Shown piece after piece: positions 63,712 to 64,000 of a stretch of 64,000 bases of DNA (positions are counted from its first letter, which is position 1; each line of letters opens with the position of its first letter). The notes below the pieces were generated by a model that was given only the letters and a program-made list of their open reading frames with translations, did no database searches and had not been told where the DNA came from. The DNA comes from Raillietiella orientalis (lineage: Eukaryota): positions 310,001 through 374,000 of the forward strand of contig JAYWIR010000027.1 in NCBI GenBank assembly GCA_036172245.1, given 5' to 3'. The position numbers were made by a program, and so were the translations under genes.

Positions 63712-64000
63712 AAGAAATGACTTGACAGAAACCCTTGGTAGTTTGCACAAGTGAAATGAAGGAGAACGGCTAACGACTTGTTGGCTATGAAGAGTAGTTG
63801 AGGCAGTAATTGAGAAGCCATGGACATGAAAAGTAATTGAGACATGGACAATGGAGGAGATATTAACAGCAGACCACGGTTTGCCAGCAGGATTAGCAAA
63901 TGGCGGTCGGCGAAGAGCTCATGCATACATATCCTTATTTTCCTTTAAAGGTTAAAGTGGTGGAAATTTTCTCTATGCAAGTTCCAATAGAGATGCAGCT

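Noticed and set aside
1..64000. CRISPR array, operons, rRNA, intact tRNA or other prokaryotic or phage systems
   Set aside because: I saw no repeat-spacer array or prokaryotic gene organisation. Spliced ATG13 and MED7 show this is eukaryotic DNA.

Overview
This is eukaryotic nuclear DNA from an invertebrate, probably an arthropod (inferred from the U2 variant GATCAAAGTG, the TRMT9B-like C-terminus and short GT-AG introns). I found no prokaryotic features. Three host genes are supported: the 3' part of a TRMT9B-like gene (+, ends 6606), a complete ATG13 (+, 43123-44823, 4 exons) and a complete MED7 (-, 55347-54633, 2 exons). Most of the rest is decayed, often nested transposons: a Helentron/Helitron2 RepHel remnant interrupted by a fold-back mariner MITE, a second fold-back MITE of that family, two Utopia/NeSL-type RLE non-LTR elements and many L1/Tx1-clade fragments. 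The top observation is a 5'-truncated Utopia-like element (39428-41041, -) with U2 snRNA nt 1-~37 fused to its 5' end and the U2 target 9-mer TCTGTTCTT at its 3' end. No further U2 sequence follows, and a degenerate direct repeat brackets head plus body, so it is a candidate U2-headed chimeric retroelement. The second is a pair of related L1-clade elements ending in a homologous hairpin after AATAAA, with one compensatory base-pair change; one copy is delimited by a perfect 16-bp TSD. All homology calls come from recognising motifs by eye; no searches were run.
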